Notes under the pieces: generated by a model | The model's database searches: none | Told to the model about the DNA's origin: nothing | The model's input: the letters and a program-made list of their open reading frames with translations, nothing else | Assembly (NCBI GenBank): GCA_951406725.2 | Contig: OX597814.1 | Coordinates: forward strand, 128,216,001-128,280,000 | DNA length: 64,000 bases | Direction of reading: 5' to 3' | DNA from: Octopus vulgaris | Taxonomy: Eukaryota | Shown: piece after piece, positions 1 through 13,476 of the stretch | Layout of the letters: the number at the start of each line of letters is the position of its first letter | Numbering within the stretch: position 1 is the stretch's first letter | Position numbers and translations under genes: made by a program

Positions 1-1534
1 CCCTAGGCTATAGTAGAAGGCACTTGCCCAAGATGCCACACAATGGGACTGAACCCGGAACCATGTGGTTGGTAAGCAAGCTACTTACCACACAGTCACC
101 AAACCAAAATAATTTGATATTTTATAATGAAGAATGTACACACACACACATGTGCATGCGCGTGCACACACACACATACACACACTCCTAAGTGCATCAG
201 AGTTGTCTTAGTCTCTTGGTTGTTGATATCTCAAAATGTCTTACAAACATTTTGTCTGTGCATACAAATGGAAGACAGATTACTAAAACAAAAGAATTCA
301 AAATAATCCAACCTAATATGTGCATATGGACATATATATTAAGTAAATAGTAAATATGTGACTGACTGTTTCTTTTCAAAGAACTGGCTATGGCTAAAAA
401 AAAACAAAAAAACAATTCCATGTAGAACACTTAAAATTCTATGTCATCTGTTTACTGAAGATTTGTAAAAATAATAGAGCTACACTTTCAAACCACAGCA
501 ACTTATCTTGTTGATCCCCAGGTCAACCTAGAGCAAAACTGAATCAAATACATTCCAGCCATGACTGTCCCATCCATTTTTTGGAGTATCTACAACATTA
601 TCCAATATGTTCTTCTTTGTTTAAGACAGTGAGGCAAAAGTTGATTTGAAGAACATTTCGCTGTTATTTCTTGTAGATGAAACAACTAGACAAAGGTTCC
701 TTCATTGGTAAAATTTATTCTGTGTCATAGGTTGTAATTTTATTACTGCTATCAAATATGCACAATGGTAACAGTATGGACTGAAGCTTCCACTTTAAGA
801 AATAAGAGACATATGGAACTCTGATGCTGGCATCTTAGTTAAGCAATTCTAATGATAGAAAACTTCATTCATATCAAGTATAACAATATTGCTTTTACCA
901 CAGTTCTTAAGTACAAAAGATCATTGGTGAATATCATTTGAAAATGAATCTCCAAAATACATAAATACAGCTAGCTTTGGCTTCCTTTTTGAATTTAATA
1001 CCTCAACCAGCTGTGGGTATGTTTATAAAGTCAAAACACAACACAGTATCCATCATCATCATTATTTAACGTCCATTTTCCATGACGGTATGGGCTGGAC
1101 GATTTGACAGGAACTGCACCAAGCTTCAGTTGTCTGTTTTGGCATGGTTTCTATGGCCAGATATCTTTCCTAATGCTAGTCACTTTACAGAGTGTACTGG
1201 GTGCTTTTTATGCAGAACCAGCACAGGTGTTTTTCACATGGCACCAACATGGGATATTTCAAAAACCTGTTTCCATATTCAGAATTGTGGAAACATAGAG
1301 TAAACTGCCTGCACTGGTTGTTAGCTATCAAGACACTCCATCCCTTCAAAAATTCCATGTGCTCTCTAAACACCCTTTCCTTTCCATGGCTCTTTTAATG
1401 TTCACTTTTCTGGGGGTTAGTTTAGCATTTTTATCCTGTGTATTACACATGTACTTTTGGTTATCATTGCTGTCTTCCTTTACTTGATTTATTGTTGCCT
1501 TCTGTCCCTTCTTTTACTCTTATTATTATTTGAT

Positions 1535-2005
1535 AAATCAAATTCAATGACTGGCATCCGTGCTAGTGGAGCACTAAGAGCACCATCCGAGCATGATCGC
1601 TGTCAAAGCAGCTAACTGGCTTCTGTGCCAGTAGCACATAAAAAGCACCATTCGAGCATGATCGTTATCAGTGTCGCCTTACTGACACTTGTGCCGGTGG
1701 CATGTGAAAAAACATTTGAGTGAGGTCATTGCCAGTGCCACTGGACTGGCTCCTGTACAGGGGGCACATAAAAAGCACCATTTGAGCATGGTTGTTGCCA
1801 GTACCGCCTGACTGGCCCTCATGCTGCTGGCACGTAAAAGCACCCACTACACTCTCGGAGTGGTTGGCGTTAGGAAGGGCATCCAGTTGTATAAACTCTG
1901 CCAGATCAAGATTGGAGCCTGGTGCAGCCATCTGGTTCGCCAGCCCTCAGTCAAATCGTCCAACCCATGCTAGCATGGAAAGCAGATGTTAAATGATGAT
2001 GATGT
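1535..2005 (+). mobile_element. SINE-like repeat with internal subrepeats and (GAT)n tail; related copies near 7160, 14370, 16150, 18780(-), 22520, 39830, 42600(-), 47320, 55610(-), 61000, 61815
   Basis: Recurring core cactctcggagtggttggcgttaggaagggcatccagctgtagaaac...gcatggaaagcggacgttaaatgatgatgat. Confidence 0.85.
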
Positions 2006-3324
2006 CATAGAGGAAAGAGAGAGGAGGGAGAAATTTAAAACAGATGATTATATATAATCAATTTCTGTAAAATGTTAGGTTAGAGGGGTTGTCTTTTGTT
2101 GGGGATGGTGCATATGGAAGTATGTTGCCAAAGATTGGGATAGATTCCTGGAGAGAGGAGCGGGGCAGAATGAGTGAAGGATTTGACAAAGAGAAATGTC
2201 ACTTAGGAGAACACCATTTGTGAATTATGCAAGGAACATTCCTTGTTGCTTGATGGGTCAGAGTGATTGTAATTGTTGTTTCTTAGCCATTGGTCACCTT
2301 TGGTCAAGCAAACCTATGATGAAAAATGTTCTGCTGTGGCCATCGTGCTACATTATCTGATGCATCTTACGTTTTTTAAGACATTAGAATGAGATTTAAA
2401 GATTTTCCCTGTTATTTCTAGTCGATTGAACAACTGCTCATAATGGCTCCTTTGTAGGTTTGTGATAGGTTTTGCATGTGGTGACTGCATGTACATAGAG
2501 GTGAGGCACTGTGACAACAATATCCTCATCAAATGATAAAATGATGTATTGAAAAGATCAATTACAGAGCCCTTAAAGCCCTAAAAATAGCAGAAAAACT
2601 TTCACCTAAGGCCATCTTGTAGTAGCTCTGCAAAAAGGTTATCCTGGATAAAAAGCCATTTGAGTTTGTGACTCACAAGTACCTTGTACACACTCAGTTT
2701 CATCAGAAATAACTTAAGACTAAACAACATCTTATAGTAACATTTCACTGCATCTTTATAAAACCTTGTTTCTTTATTTTATTTTATCAAAATAATAATT
2801 AAAGAACAGAACAAAAAATAATTAAAATAATAGTAATGAAATCAACATTTCTGTGAAAAAGATTTTATTTTATTTTATTTTAGCAGCAGTTAAAGGTTCA
2901 ACTGGCTTCATTGACTGTCCATGATGAGTAATGTGACATAACACATTATATATCACATTTAGTAACAAATTCCTTATACTGGTTATAAAATATATCATAT
3001 TCCATGACAATCTCTGGTCATGATATATCAGTTTCTGTAAGAGACACCATCCAGCATCTAGCTTCATTTAATAGCGGGTTTTGAAAGAATTTTACAATTT
3101 TACATTGAATATGGATGGGATGGTTCTATGGATTTGGATATGAAATATTATTTCTTTATTTTTTTTAATAATTTCTTTATTTTTCATATAAAAGATTAAA
3201 GTCAGAGTTGTTTCACTAATGCTACCCTTGGGATTAGCACATTTTTTACAGGTAGACATTCAGAGAGTAATGACCTTCAGAATACAGTATAATGGTTCTC
3301 TATTTTTTAAAATTTTAATTCACA

Positions 3325-3537
3325 TTAACCTTTTAGAGACCAACTCTGGTTCTATGATACAAACTTTTTGTTTCAAAGTGGTCTAAATTAAAATTTTCTA
3401 TCAAAATTTCAAGTTAATTTTTGATCTAAACAACAATTTAGCAATAACAAAATTATTTTATTAAATTCTTCATATTTTCCAAATTAATTGAAACAAAAGC
3501 AGCTATTTCAACAGAAATATGGTAAAATAAGGGTTAA
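3325..3537. mobile_element. TTAA-flanked MITE (piggyBac-like); relatives at ~5410-5560, 37659-37864, 42130-42500
   Basis: ttaaCC...GGGttaa ends; shared internal aattcttcatattttcc/aattaattgaaacaaa sequence among copies. Confidence 0.6.
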
Positions 3538-4784
3538 AACAGGTCTCCACAGGGAAATAATCATTAGAATCCTCATTGGTTGGTAAAACATGGTTGATAT
3601 TAAGTGAATTGATAGTGACTTATGAGAACTAGGAAATGGATTTATGGCAGTTTCAAAGTCATTCAAATGAAAGAGAAATTATGGAAGAACTGTATATAAT
3701 TAACAGGTTTTTTTTTTTATTAATGTATGTACAGGAAAAATTATTTCTTATTAATCATTAAGTGAATTATTAAGTTTAGCCATTGATGAAAAGATTTTCA
3801 GCTGAAATCTATAACGTAGCCATAAAAATTTTCAAATGTTTTTTGTTTCCAAAATTCTTCAAATGCTTTTGTCATAGTAGAAAATAATTTTTATAGCAAA
3901 TCTTTGAAAAATTTAACAATTGTTGATCGATTCATAGAGCATGAAAGCATGTATATAACAACCAAAATTAACAAATTATCAAATGACTTTTGATGGCCAA
4001 TACCTCAGAATGTAATGATGAACTTCCCAATAGATGGGAACAGTAGAGATTGATGTTATCAATAAGAGTAGATTTAGCAAATCATTGAATAGTTTGCTTG
4101 AATACTGCTGGTATGAGTTAGACAAGGATGAAGTAGAACTGTCTGAAGTCTTTACACACATACACACACACATACATTTTCTCAATTTCACTTCAGAGCT
4201 CTTAACCACCATGTGTTTGTTAGGTGAATAGCTAAGAGGTTCATATTGCATAAACAGACCATTCAGTTGCCTCATTTTTATACAGCCCATAATACTATCA
4301 TGTTATCTCTCTTGTTCACAGAGAAGCCATAATCAAAGCCAAATATGTTATAGATGCTAAAAGACTCCTCAATGTCAAGAGACTCAGTTGCAGAGAGATA
4401 AGGCAGTAAACTGTATGGAAGCACTTCGAATGATGTTTGGTGGGTTAATCTGGGGATGGAATTTAGCCATTCCTGACTTATTTTCCAACATTCTGTTTTC
4501 AATGGGATGGTAATTGATTAGAAAATTGATAATCCAGTTTGAAATGAAATGAAATCTGTAAATGTATAAATGTAGCAAAAAAAAAAAAAAAAATCCACAG
4601 TTGTGCCTGTGTGATTGATATTTCAATAAAATGCATAAATTTTTTCATGCCACATTTAAAATATAGGCAAAATGTCATTGATAAAATTTTTTAAATGAGC
4701 AACAACTTTTAATATAAAATAGAATTTTAAGAAAATAATATGATTTAAAAATTTGTCAAAGATACAATTTTGGTATTCATTTCA

Positions 4785-4855
4785 TCATTGGTAAAGTCTG
4801 ACTGCTTGGTAACTGTGTGCTGAGAGAAGACCAGTTCTTTCTGTTGGCATCACAC
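4785..4855 (-). CDS. Terminal coding exon: VMPTERTGLLSAHSYQAVRLYQ-stop
   Basis: Acceptor ttttctagttttag, phase 1 matches upstream exon; ExxxLL motif (ERTGLL); followed by repeat-poor sequence consistent with a 3' UTR. Confidence 0.7.
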
Positions 4856-5015
4856 CTAAAACTAGAAAATTATAAATCATATTTAATGAAACATTTACAT
4901 ATATTTTACATTGGAAATAACTTTTAAAGCTGATGAATGTCAGTGAAAAGTGTTGGAGAGACCTAACCAGATTTAACTGAGGCTGTTCCTTGTTCCCTAA
5001 TACAAATTTTCTCAT

Positions 5016-5405
5016 TTACTCTTTTACTTATTTCAGTCATTTGACAGCAGCCATGCTGGAGCACCGCCTTTAGTTGAGGAAATAGATCCCAGGATTTATT
5101 CTTTGTAAGCCTAGTACTTATTCTATTGGTTTCTTTTTTGCCGAACCACTAAGTTACAGGGACGTAAACACACCAGCATTGGTTGTCAAGCGATGTTGGG
5201 GGGGACAAACACAGACACACACACATATATATACATATATACGACGAGCTTCTTTCAGTTTCCGTCTACCAAATCCACTCACAAGGCTTTGGTCGGCCCG
5301 AGGCTATAGTAGAAGAGACTTGCCCAAGGTGCCATGCAGTGGGATTGAACTCGGAACCATGTGGTTGGTAAGCAAGCTACTTACCACACAGCCACTCCTG
5401 CGCCT
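5016..5405 (-). mobile_element. tRNA-derived SINE with internal (TA/TG)n; copies at 1-98, 13280, 17310, 24440, 25237, 35907, 47987, 48680
   Basis: Head gcaggagtggctgtgtggtaagtagc with A/B-box-like motifs, ccttgggcaag body, tail gaaacaagtaaaagag; many near-identical copies. Confidence 0.88.
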
Positions 5406-5973
5406 ATTTAGTGTAACCTAAATTAAAGCCTGTCAAAATTTCATGTTAAGTTATGTTCCAAACAATGGCTTAAGTTAATTTACTAAATTCTTCATTATTT
5501 TAAGAATGACTTAAAACACAGGCAGAACTTTTCAATTGCAATATGGTAACAAAAGGGTTAAATAGGGAGTATTGAATTAACTAGAATGAGATAATTTTGT
5601 GAAAGAGTTCTGTTGGTTCTTTTTCATCCATTATGTCTCATCAAGGCAGAATTTTGTTTGTCTAAAAAAATAAATGTTGTTACATAATTATAAAAACATT
5701 TTTTACTTGTTACAGTCATTGAACTGTGACTGTGCTGAGGCAATGCTACGAAAGGTTTAGTTGAATGAATTGACTCATCTGCTTACTTTTCAAAATCTGG
5801 TACTTATTCTATAAGTATCTTTTACTGAAGTGCAAAGTCATGGAGGTGTAAACAAACCAACTCTGGTTGTCAAGTGGTGGAGGGGGACAAACACAATTAT
5901 ACACACCTATATATATATATGTGTGTGTGTGTGAGTGTGTGTGTGTGTGTATGTGTATATCTATCTATCTATC

Positions 5974-6013
<40 letters not shown>

Positions 6014-6284
6014 CATGATCAGTAAACTGTTTCCAGTCTGCTATAATGAATCCATATATATATATATATATATATCTGTAAAATAATATGTGACAATTAT
6101 TCAATAGCCAAGATAGAGTTTCGGCTGCCGAGGTGGAAATCCACAACACCATCTCTTCGGTTATCTGGCCATCTGAAAAATGCCTCTATTTATTCTATTT
6201 ACATAATATTGAGGTCTCTTTCTTTCTTTTGTTATCTTACCGTTTTTACCAATATTTATATAAAACATCGAAGAGTATATGTTT

Positions 6285-6341
6285 TCCCTCTGAAGATACT
6301 ATGCTCAGGCACTGAATATTAATAGAAACAGCTGTAAGGGA
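6285..6341 (+). ncRNA. Type I hammerhead ribozyme motif (Penelope-type)
   Basis: tccct CTGAAGA [imperfect stem II atgctcag/ctgaatat] GAAA c-agct-GTA aggga; stem I tccct/aggga, palindromic stem III acagctgt, intact core. Confidence 0.75.
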
Positions 6342-7684
6342 TGATGATCAACTTGTTGTTAATAATATACAATTATTAGCTTCCAATCTCCATTCTCTTT
6401 TTTCTCCTTTATATATATATGTGGGGGAGGGGCTTCCAACTTCTGTCCACCAGATTCACTCACAGAGTATTGGTCAGCCCAGGACTGTAGTAAAAGACAT
6501 GTGCCCAAGGTGCAATGCAGTGAGACTGAACGCAAAACCACATGGTTGCAGCGCTAGCCCAAACTCCACAGACTTCACAAATCTCCCACACTCAGCACCC
6601 AAACTACTTACGCAAACATCACAATTGTTACCCACACTGCATAGAGTATGTCTTTATACACAAAGAATAAAGTTTGGTCGACACTAGAATAATTGATTAT
6701 TCAAACTGCCAACCTTCATATTCTCACTTCTATTTTGTATAGTTGTCTATTTTCTCTGATTTGATCTGGTATTAACTTATCAACTAGAATCTGGAATCGG
6801 AAAAAAACTGGGAGAGATCTACATTGGCAAAAATTCATCTTCAGGAGAGTTCCCAGAAATTCCAAGCATTGCACTTTTCATTCAACATGGCAGTTATGCT
6901 TTTACCTTATACTTGAACCAGTCACTTGACTGTGGCCATGCTGGGGCACAACATTCAAGAGTTTTAGATGAACAAATTGACACCAGTACTTATTTTTAAG
7001 TCTGGTATTCATTCGGTTGATATCTTTTGATGAACTGCTAAGTTAGATGAAACAAAGCAACATTAGTTGTCAAGTATTGACAAACACAAAGATGGACACA
7101 CACACACACACACACACATACTCATACATACACTCATACACACACACATACACATATATATCGTGCTGCTGGACTGGCTCCTGTGCAGGTGGCACGTAAA
7201 AAACACCATCTGAGCATGGCCGTTGCCAGTACCACCTGACTGGCCTTCATGCCGGTGGCACATAAAAGCACCCACTACACTCTCAGAGTGGTTGGCGTTA
7301 AGAAGGGCATCCAGTTGTAGAAACTCTGCCAGATCAGATTGGAGTCTGGTGCAGCCAACCAGTCTTCAGTCAAATCGTCCAACCCATGCCAGCATGGAAA
7401 GCGGACGTTAAATGATGATGATGATGAGTTTCATAGTTTCCATCTACCAAATTCACTCAGAAGGCATTGGTCTGTCTGGGATTATAGAAGACACTTGTCC
7501 AAGGTGCCACACAGTGGGACTGAACCCAAAACCATGTAGTTTCACAATAAGCTTCTTAACAACACAGTCATACCTGTGTCTATTTCTCAACAATTCTTCA
7601 GTTCCTGATGGATCGATATTTTAGCTAATTCACTACAACTGGACATCTAAGATCTTGTTTCTATGACATGTTATACATACTCAC

Positions 7685-7768
7685 TATATGTATTGCCTAC
7701 ACATAACAAAGTTGAAGCATACTCCTGCACACCAAACAAAGCCATTTCCCTGCTATATCGAATTCCTG
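7685..7768 (-). CDS. Candidate optional exon: GIRYSREMALFGVQEYASTLLCVGNTY
   Basis: Acceptor aatttacag (tandem cagcag), donor ATA|gtgagt; 84 bp, symmetric phase 1-1, open in gene frame. Confidence 0.45.
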
Positions 7769-8217
7769 CTGTAAATTAGTTCTTTATTTATTTTCAGAGA
7801 TCAAGCCCATTCTTTGAGTTTCGGCCCTCATTTTCTAGGTTTTTGACAGAGCAATCACACATACACATATGTGCACATGCAAACACACATATGTCCACAC
7901 AACATTGATGTTTGCACTGTCAAGTATGTTTCTATGAATCACACAACTTGTTCATTATGTGACCCAATTCCCAATGATGCCTTCACAAAGAACTAAGTAA
8001 GATGGTTACAGATGCAAACACATTTCTTCATCAACGGAACTGATAGGTTTTCACATGCCCTTCTTATATATATATATATTAGAAGTAATATATATTAGAG
8101 GTAGTATGTATATATATATATAAGTTCAGCAAAATTTAGATTCAGATGAATACGGTACTTAAGTTAAAGGCACCAGAATTTTGTATGATATTATCCATAT
8201 AAATCAAATGGGCTGAT

Positions 8218-8572
8218 TATAATCAAAATAAGCAACAAGGATATCCAAGGTAGAGTAGTACAATTGTTTCATGCTACTTCATTTTATTAAACACTGTAAG
8301 TATTACATCAGTTTTAAATTGAGCAATCTTCAGCCACATATAAAATTTTCCAGTTAAACAGACAATGCACATTCTTATCCCTATTTCCCTTATCCCTATT
8401 AAATAGGGATAAGAATGTGCATTGTCCATTTAACTGAAAAATTCTATATGTGGCTGAAGATTGCTCGACATTTTAAAACTGATGTAATACTTACAGTGTT
8501 TAATAAAATGAAGTAGCATGAAACAATTGTACTACTCTACCTTGGATATCCTTGTTGCTTATTTTGATTATA
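8218..8572. repeat. Long inverted repeat (~170-bp arms, 14-nt loop) in a (TA)n-bounded module
   Basis: 8218-8386 is near reverse complement of 8401-8572. Confidence 0.95.
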
Positions 8573-8654
8573 TATATATATATATATTACAGGTAGTAAG
8601 TTCTCTTCTGTGTTAATTTAAGACCTTTGGAACTGTTGAAAGAAATATACTTAC

Positions 8655-8711
8655 ATCTGCCTGGTCCAGCACTGAGCAATGACAAAATATAAGATATGTC
8701 AGTATAAGCTT
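8655..8711 (-). CDS. Candidate optional exon: (E)AYTDISYILSLLSAGPGR
   Basis: Acceptor tctcatttgtag, donor GAT|gtaagt; 57 bp, symmetric phase 1-1, open in gene frame; no homology support. Confidence 0.45.
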
Positions 8712-9305
8712 CTACAAATGAGATGCTTTAAAGATATCTTGCCAAATTAAGATGATTTTGATGTTTGTGTATGAGATTAATTATAGTGCTTATTAAAAGT
8801 GCCATGTAGAAATACTGTGCAGTCAACATGTATTTTATACATTTTATGTGAATTTGTTTTTAACCAGACTCCATTTCAGGTTCATTAAGACTTTTTTGCT
8901 TGTATTTAAAATCATCATTAGGGTAAACTGAAATTATAGAAATTAAAATATATTAAACTTCAATTATAAAAAAAAAATATATTTCTTCAATTTTTTTGGT
9001 AATTATTAGAAGATAGCAGATTAAATTATTCAAATATCATTTTCTCCTCTGAAATACATGCATTAAATCTAAGCAAAACAAATCCTGCATATCTGAATCA
9101 ATAAATACACGCATTACATACATATGATTATGGAGAAAAGCAAAGGCTATTGGTTATGGTTTTCACTGCCCCAAATATTTCAGTCCTAAAGGTATTCTCA
9201 GAATAATGCTTATTAGCTGTTCAATAATAAATCTTTATCAGAAAGATTATATTCTTATGAGAGAGAGAGAGAGAGATAGAGAACATTTGTATACAGACTG
9301 AATAA

Positions 9306-9569
9306 TAATAAAATAAATAAATGCACCCTTTTAAAGCTCAGCCAGGCTCATGGGCCCGGTTTCCCAGTTTCTATGGCATATGTGTTCCCCAGCTGGACAG
9401 GACGCCAGTCCATCGCAGCGTTACTCATTTTTGCCAGCTGAGTGGACTGGAGCAATGTGAAATGAAGTGTTTTGTTCAAGAATGCAGCGCATTGCCTGGT
9501 CCAGGAATTGAAACCACAATCATAAGATCATGATGGTGACACCCTAACCACTAAGCCACGCGCCTCCAC
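9306..9569 (-). mobile_element. tRNA-derived SINE with 15-bp TSD
   Basis: Head gaggcgcgtggcttagtggttaggg on minus; TSD atacagactgaataa at 9291-9305 and 9570-9584. Confidence 0.85.
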
Positions 9570-10253
9570 ATACAGACTGAATAACTTATTCAAAATGTGT
9601 ATGAAAGCATCAAATGTCTTAGAGCTAAAACTTTACAAATGGTGAATTCTAAAAATCAAGAAATCTAATTTAGAATAATCTGCTTGAAACCATTGCCTAC
9701 ATGAGCATGAAATTCTTATGATAATTTGAGCTGCTCTAAATGGTTTCTTATCTTAAAAAATACCAGAGACATTGAAATCTGTCATGGTTGCAGTGTCTCC
9801 GTGTTGTATTTATGATAAATGAAAGGAAAGCTAGAAAAAAAAATCTCAGACACATGCATGGCTGTGTGGTTAAGAAGCTTGGTAATCATGTGGTCTTTGG
9901 TTCAGTCTCACTGCGTGACACCTTGGGCAAGTATCTTCTACTATAGCCCTGGACTTACCAAATCCTAGTGAGTGGATTTGGTACATGGAAACTGAAAGGC
10001 TATTGCATGTATGTGTGTGTGTATGTATATATGTATGTATCTATATATATATATATATATGTCTGTATATGTATGTATGCATGCATGTATGCATCTATCT
10101 ATCTATCTATATATGTATATGTATATGTGTATGTATTATCTATCTATCTAACATATATATATATATATATATATGTATGTATTATCTATCTATCTAACAT
10201 ATATATATATATATATATATATGTGTATGTATTATCTATCTATCTAACATATA

Positions 10254-10289
<36 letters not shown>

Positions 10290-11039
10290 TGTATGTATGT
10301 ATGTATGTATGTATGTGTGTGTGTGTTTGTCACAGTCTTCTTGCCTTGACATTATTTGATTGTCATAAATAAAATAACACAGTTCTGCAAGTGGTGTCCC
10401 TCATCCCAATCGTTCATGAAAATATATCTAGTCATGGGCAAATATTACCTTGCTTGAAAATAGGGAGGGTTGGCAACGGGAAGGGTATCCAACCACAGAA
10501 AATCTGCCATGACAAAATTCCATCTAACCTGTGCGAGCATGGAAAAGTGGCCATAAAATTGATGATGATGATGATGTCTATGTGTGCATCTTTATGTGTG
10601 CAATCCCACCCCTCCACTGCATGACAGCCAGTGTTGGTTTGTTACATCCTTGTAATTTAGGTCTCTCAAAAGAAACCAATAGAATAAGTACCAGATTTAA
10701 AAAAAAAAAACAAGAAAAGAAAAGGACACAAGAAAAGTACATAAATAAGAAAAGGACATAAGTAATGGGTTTATTTGTTCAACTAAAACCAGTGAGAGCT
10801 GGTGCCCCAGCATGTCTGAAATTTAATGTCATAAAAGGATAAAGAAGTGATTGAATATTATACTTTGACTGATATCATAGTGAATGTATGTGTGATGATT
10901 GGATATGTATGTATATGTTTATGTACATGTATGCATGCATATTTGTCTATGTGTGAAATGTATGAGCATGTATATGTGTATATATATGTACCTCATATCA
11001 TTGGCACAACAAACAGCTAGAACAGTTTCATATAAGGAC

Positions 11040-11568
11040 ACTGTGCAGGATTGTGGCATTCCCTAGCAGGACAGAGTGACAAACCAAAATGTGTTGGACA
11101 GTGGCAGTTCAACAAGCATTGAGTCAATGTTGCTGAAGGCTCAGTTACACTGGACTGGCCATGTCATCTGAATGACCGACAGCCATGTACCCAGACAGCT
11201 CTTATATGGCAAACTCATGCAGGGCTCATGCAGACGAGGAAGGCCTAAACTTAGGTGTAAGGAGACACTGAAAAGCAACCTCAAATAGAGTGGCATTAGT
11301 CCACATGAACTTGAAGCCTCTGCAACAGACAAATCCAAATCAGTGTGGAGGTCTCCCACCTCATGAGCAGCAACTGTCTTTGAAGAGGAGCAAGGATAGT
11401 GTTTCACTGCTGCAAGAGACAAAAGTCACAGGGAGTATCCACTTCAATCCTGACAACAGGCTTTCATTGTGGGCATCTGTGTGCTTCTAGTTCTGGACTG
11501 TGGAGTCACAAGCACTCTCATCACTGAGAGCACAGATTTCGTCATTGTTGGACACCGATGGACTACCA

Positions 11569-11570
<2 letters not shown>
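11040..11570 (+). mobile_element. RTE/BovB-like LINE 3' fragment, degenerate
   Basis: Translates AQLHWTGHVI*MTDSHVPRQLLYGKL..RRGRPKLR, typical of RTE ORF C-termini. Confidence 0.75.
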
Positions 11571-11605
<35 letters not shown>

Positions 11606-12513
11606 CACACACACATACACACACACACACATATATCTAAAAGCAAATCGTTCTATCCCACATAACATAGATACCTTGTTAGAACACCAAATATTGTGTT
11701 ATTAGCCTTGAGAAATCCTCTTATGTAAGTGCTTGGTGCACACATAGATCATAACAGAAAAAATTTGTCTGTCAAGGACGCCAGAATCTCTTAATGTGTA
11801 TGTGTGTGTATATGGTTGTGTTTCTGTGTTTGTCTCCCCAACATTGCTTGACAACTGATGCTGGTGTGTTTACGTCCCCATAACTTAGCAGTTCAGCAAA
11901 AGAGACCAATAGAATAAATACTAGGCTTACAAAAAATAAGTCCTGAGGTCAATTTGCTCGACTAAAGACGGTGCTCCAGCATGGCCACAGTCACATGACT
12001 GAAACAAGTAAAGAGTAAAATAGAGATTGATCACCCTTTGTGTCCCAGGGAGAATAAAATCTGTGGTTCAGCTTTGCTTTTCAATGTATAAATGCAAATG
12101 TATGTTTACTAAAATTGAAGACTTGAAGACAAAAACAAGAAAACATTTTCATAACCATACTTTACATTTCTATATATATTTGTATATTTTGTCTTTATAT
12201 TTTTTCGACATGTATTGAGAATGGATATCATTGCAATTTAGGAGAAGAGGCATTCTGCCAATAAACAACATCCCTTCACACAGACATATTAGTTGGTCAC
12301 TCAAAGAAATAATACATAAGATGGAAATTTTAAATGATTGCAAAAATTTACAATTTAGAAGGTGTAGAGGCTTTGTAAATCATCTTGTTTGATGAGTACT
12401 GTATAGCTAATTAGGAATGTTAAATGTTAATTAAACAAAAAACTGCCTTTGTCCAGAGACATAATAAAATACTTAAGTAGATTTCCACTCAAACACCGTC
12501 ATTAACTTGGTAT

Positions 12514-12551
<38 letters not shown>

Positions 12552-13241
12552 GTGATTCCACATAACCCATACATACAATCGTTTCCTCATATACATGTAT
12601 TACACATCAATATAGAAACACAATCTCAGACATGTATTATATAAAACATTATTGTAATTAGTACATATTATTAATTAGTTCCAATAATGTAATGATATTA
12701 ATGATTAAAAGAAATTTAAAAAAAAGTTTAGAGTTAATGAGTTTTGAAAAGAAAATCTGTGAGAAGTAATTTTTTATATGAACATTATAATAAGAGACAA
12801 GCTGAAATGTATAATAATAAAGTTATAAAATATTAATATTTCATAAAATAGTTATATAAAAAAATATATTAGGAAAAATAACTTTACATTTATCAAAATA
12901 AATGTGGATGAGATAGCATAACAGTTAACTGATGTTTAGAACTCCATGTAAACCCATGTATATCAAATGTCTGATTAAGTATTAGACCTAATTTGGCCCC
13001 CAGTTTTCTTTTGGTAGTTCTCATTTAGCTCTGCATACCATTTAAGGTTGGTAAAATAACAATGGATTAAATTTCTATTTTTTTCTGAACATCTGATGTT
13101 ATAAGAAGATTATGCAATTATCTACATAATGATTTACTGCACAGCATGTGCTAGTAGATGTTAGTGAAACACATGTAAAGATTATGTAATTTATGATGTT
13201 AAAACGAAGAGTTTAATTGATTCTCATGTTGTATTCTGTTC

Positions 13242-13279
<38 letters not shown>

Positions 13280-13440
13280 ATATGGGTGTGGCTGTGTTGT
13301 AAGAAGCTTGCTTCCCAACCATATAGTTCTGGGTTCAGTCTCACTGTGTGACACCTTGGACAAGTGTCTCCTACTATAGTCTCAGGCTGACCAAAGCCTT
13401 ATGAGTGGATTTCATAGATGGAAACTGAAAGAAACCCCTC

Positions 13441-13476
<36 letters not shown>

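Noticed and set aside
3979-4626. Several protein-looking ORFs and splice-like sites on both strands
   Set aside because: The + strand pieces join into a stop and no consistent exon chain forms; the region lies just past the proposed stop codon and is probably 3' UTR.
4926-4960. CTGATGA..GAAA motif (similar text at ~50297)
   Set aside because: No supporting stems; expected by chance.
6781-6915. Open + frame QLESGIGKKLGEIYIG..
   Set aside because: No convincing splice sites, partner exons or recognisable motif.
9968-10372. Long ORFs rich in Y/I/C/V/H/T (also ~18523, 30028, 55082-55523, 62946)
   Set aside because: Translations of di- and trinucleotide microsatellites.
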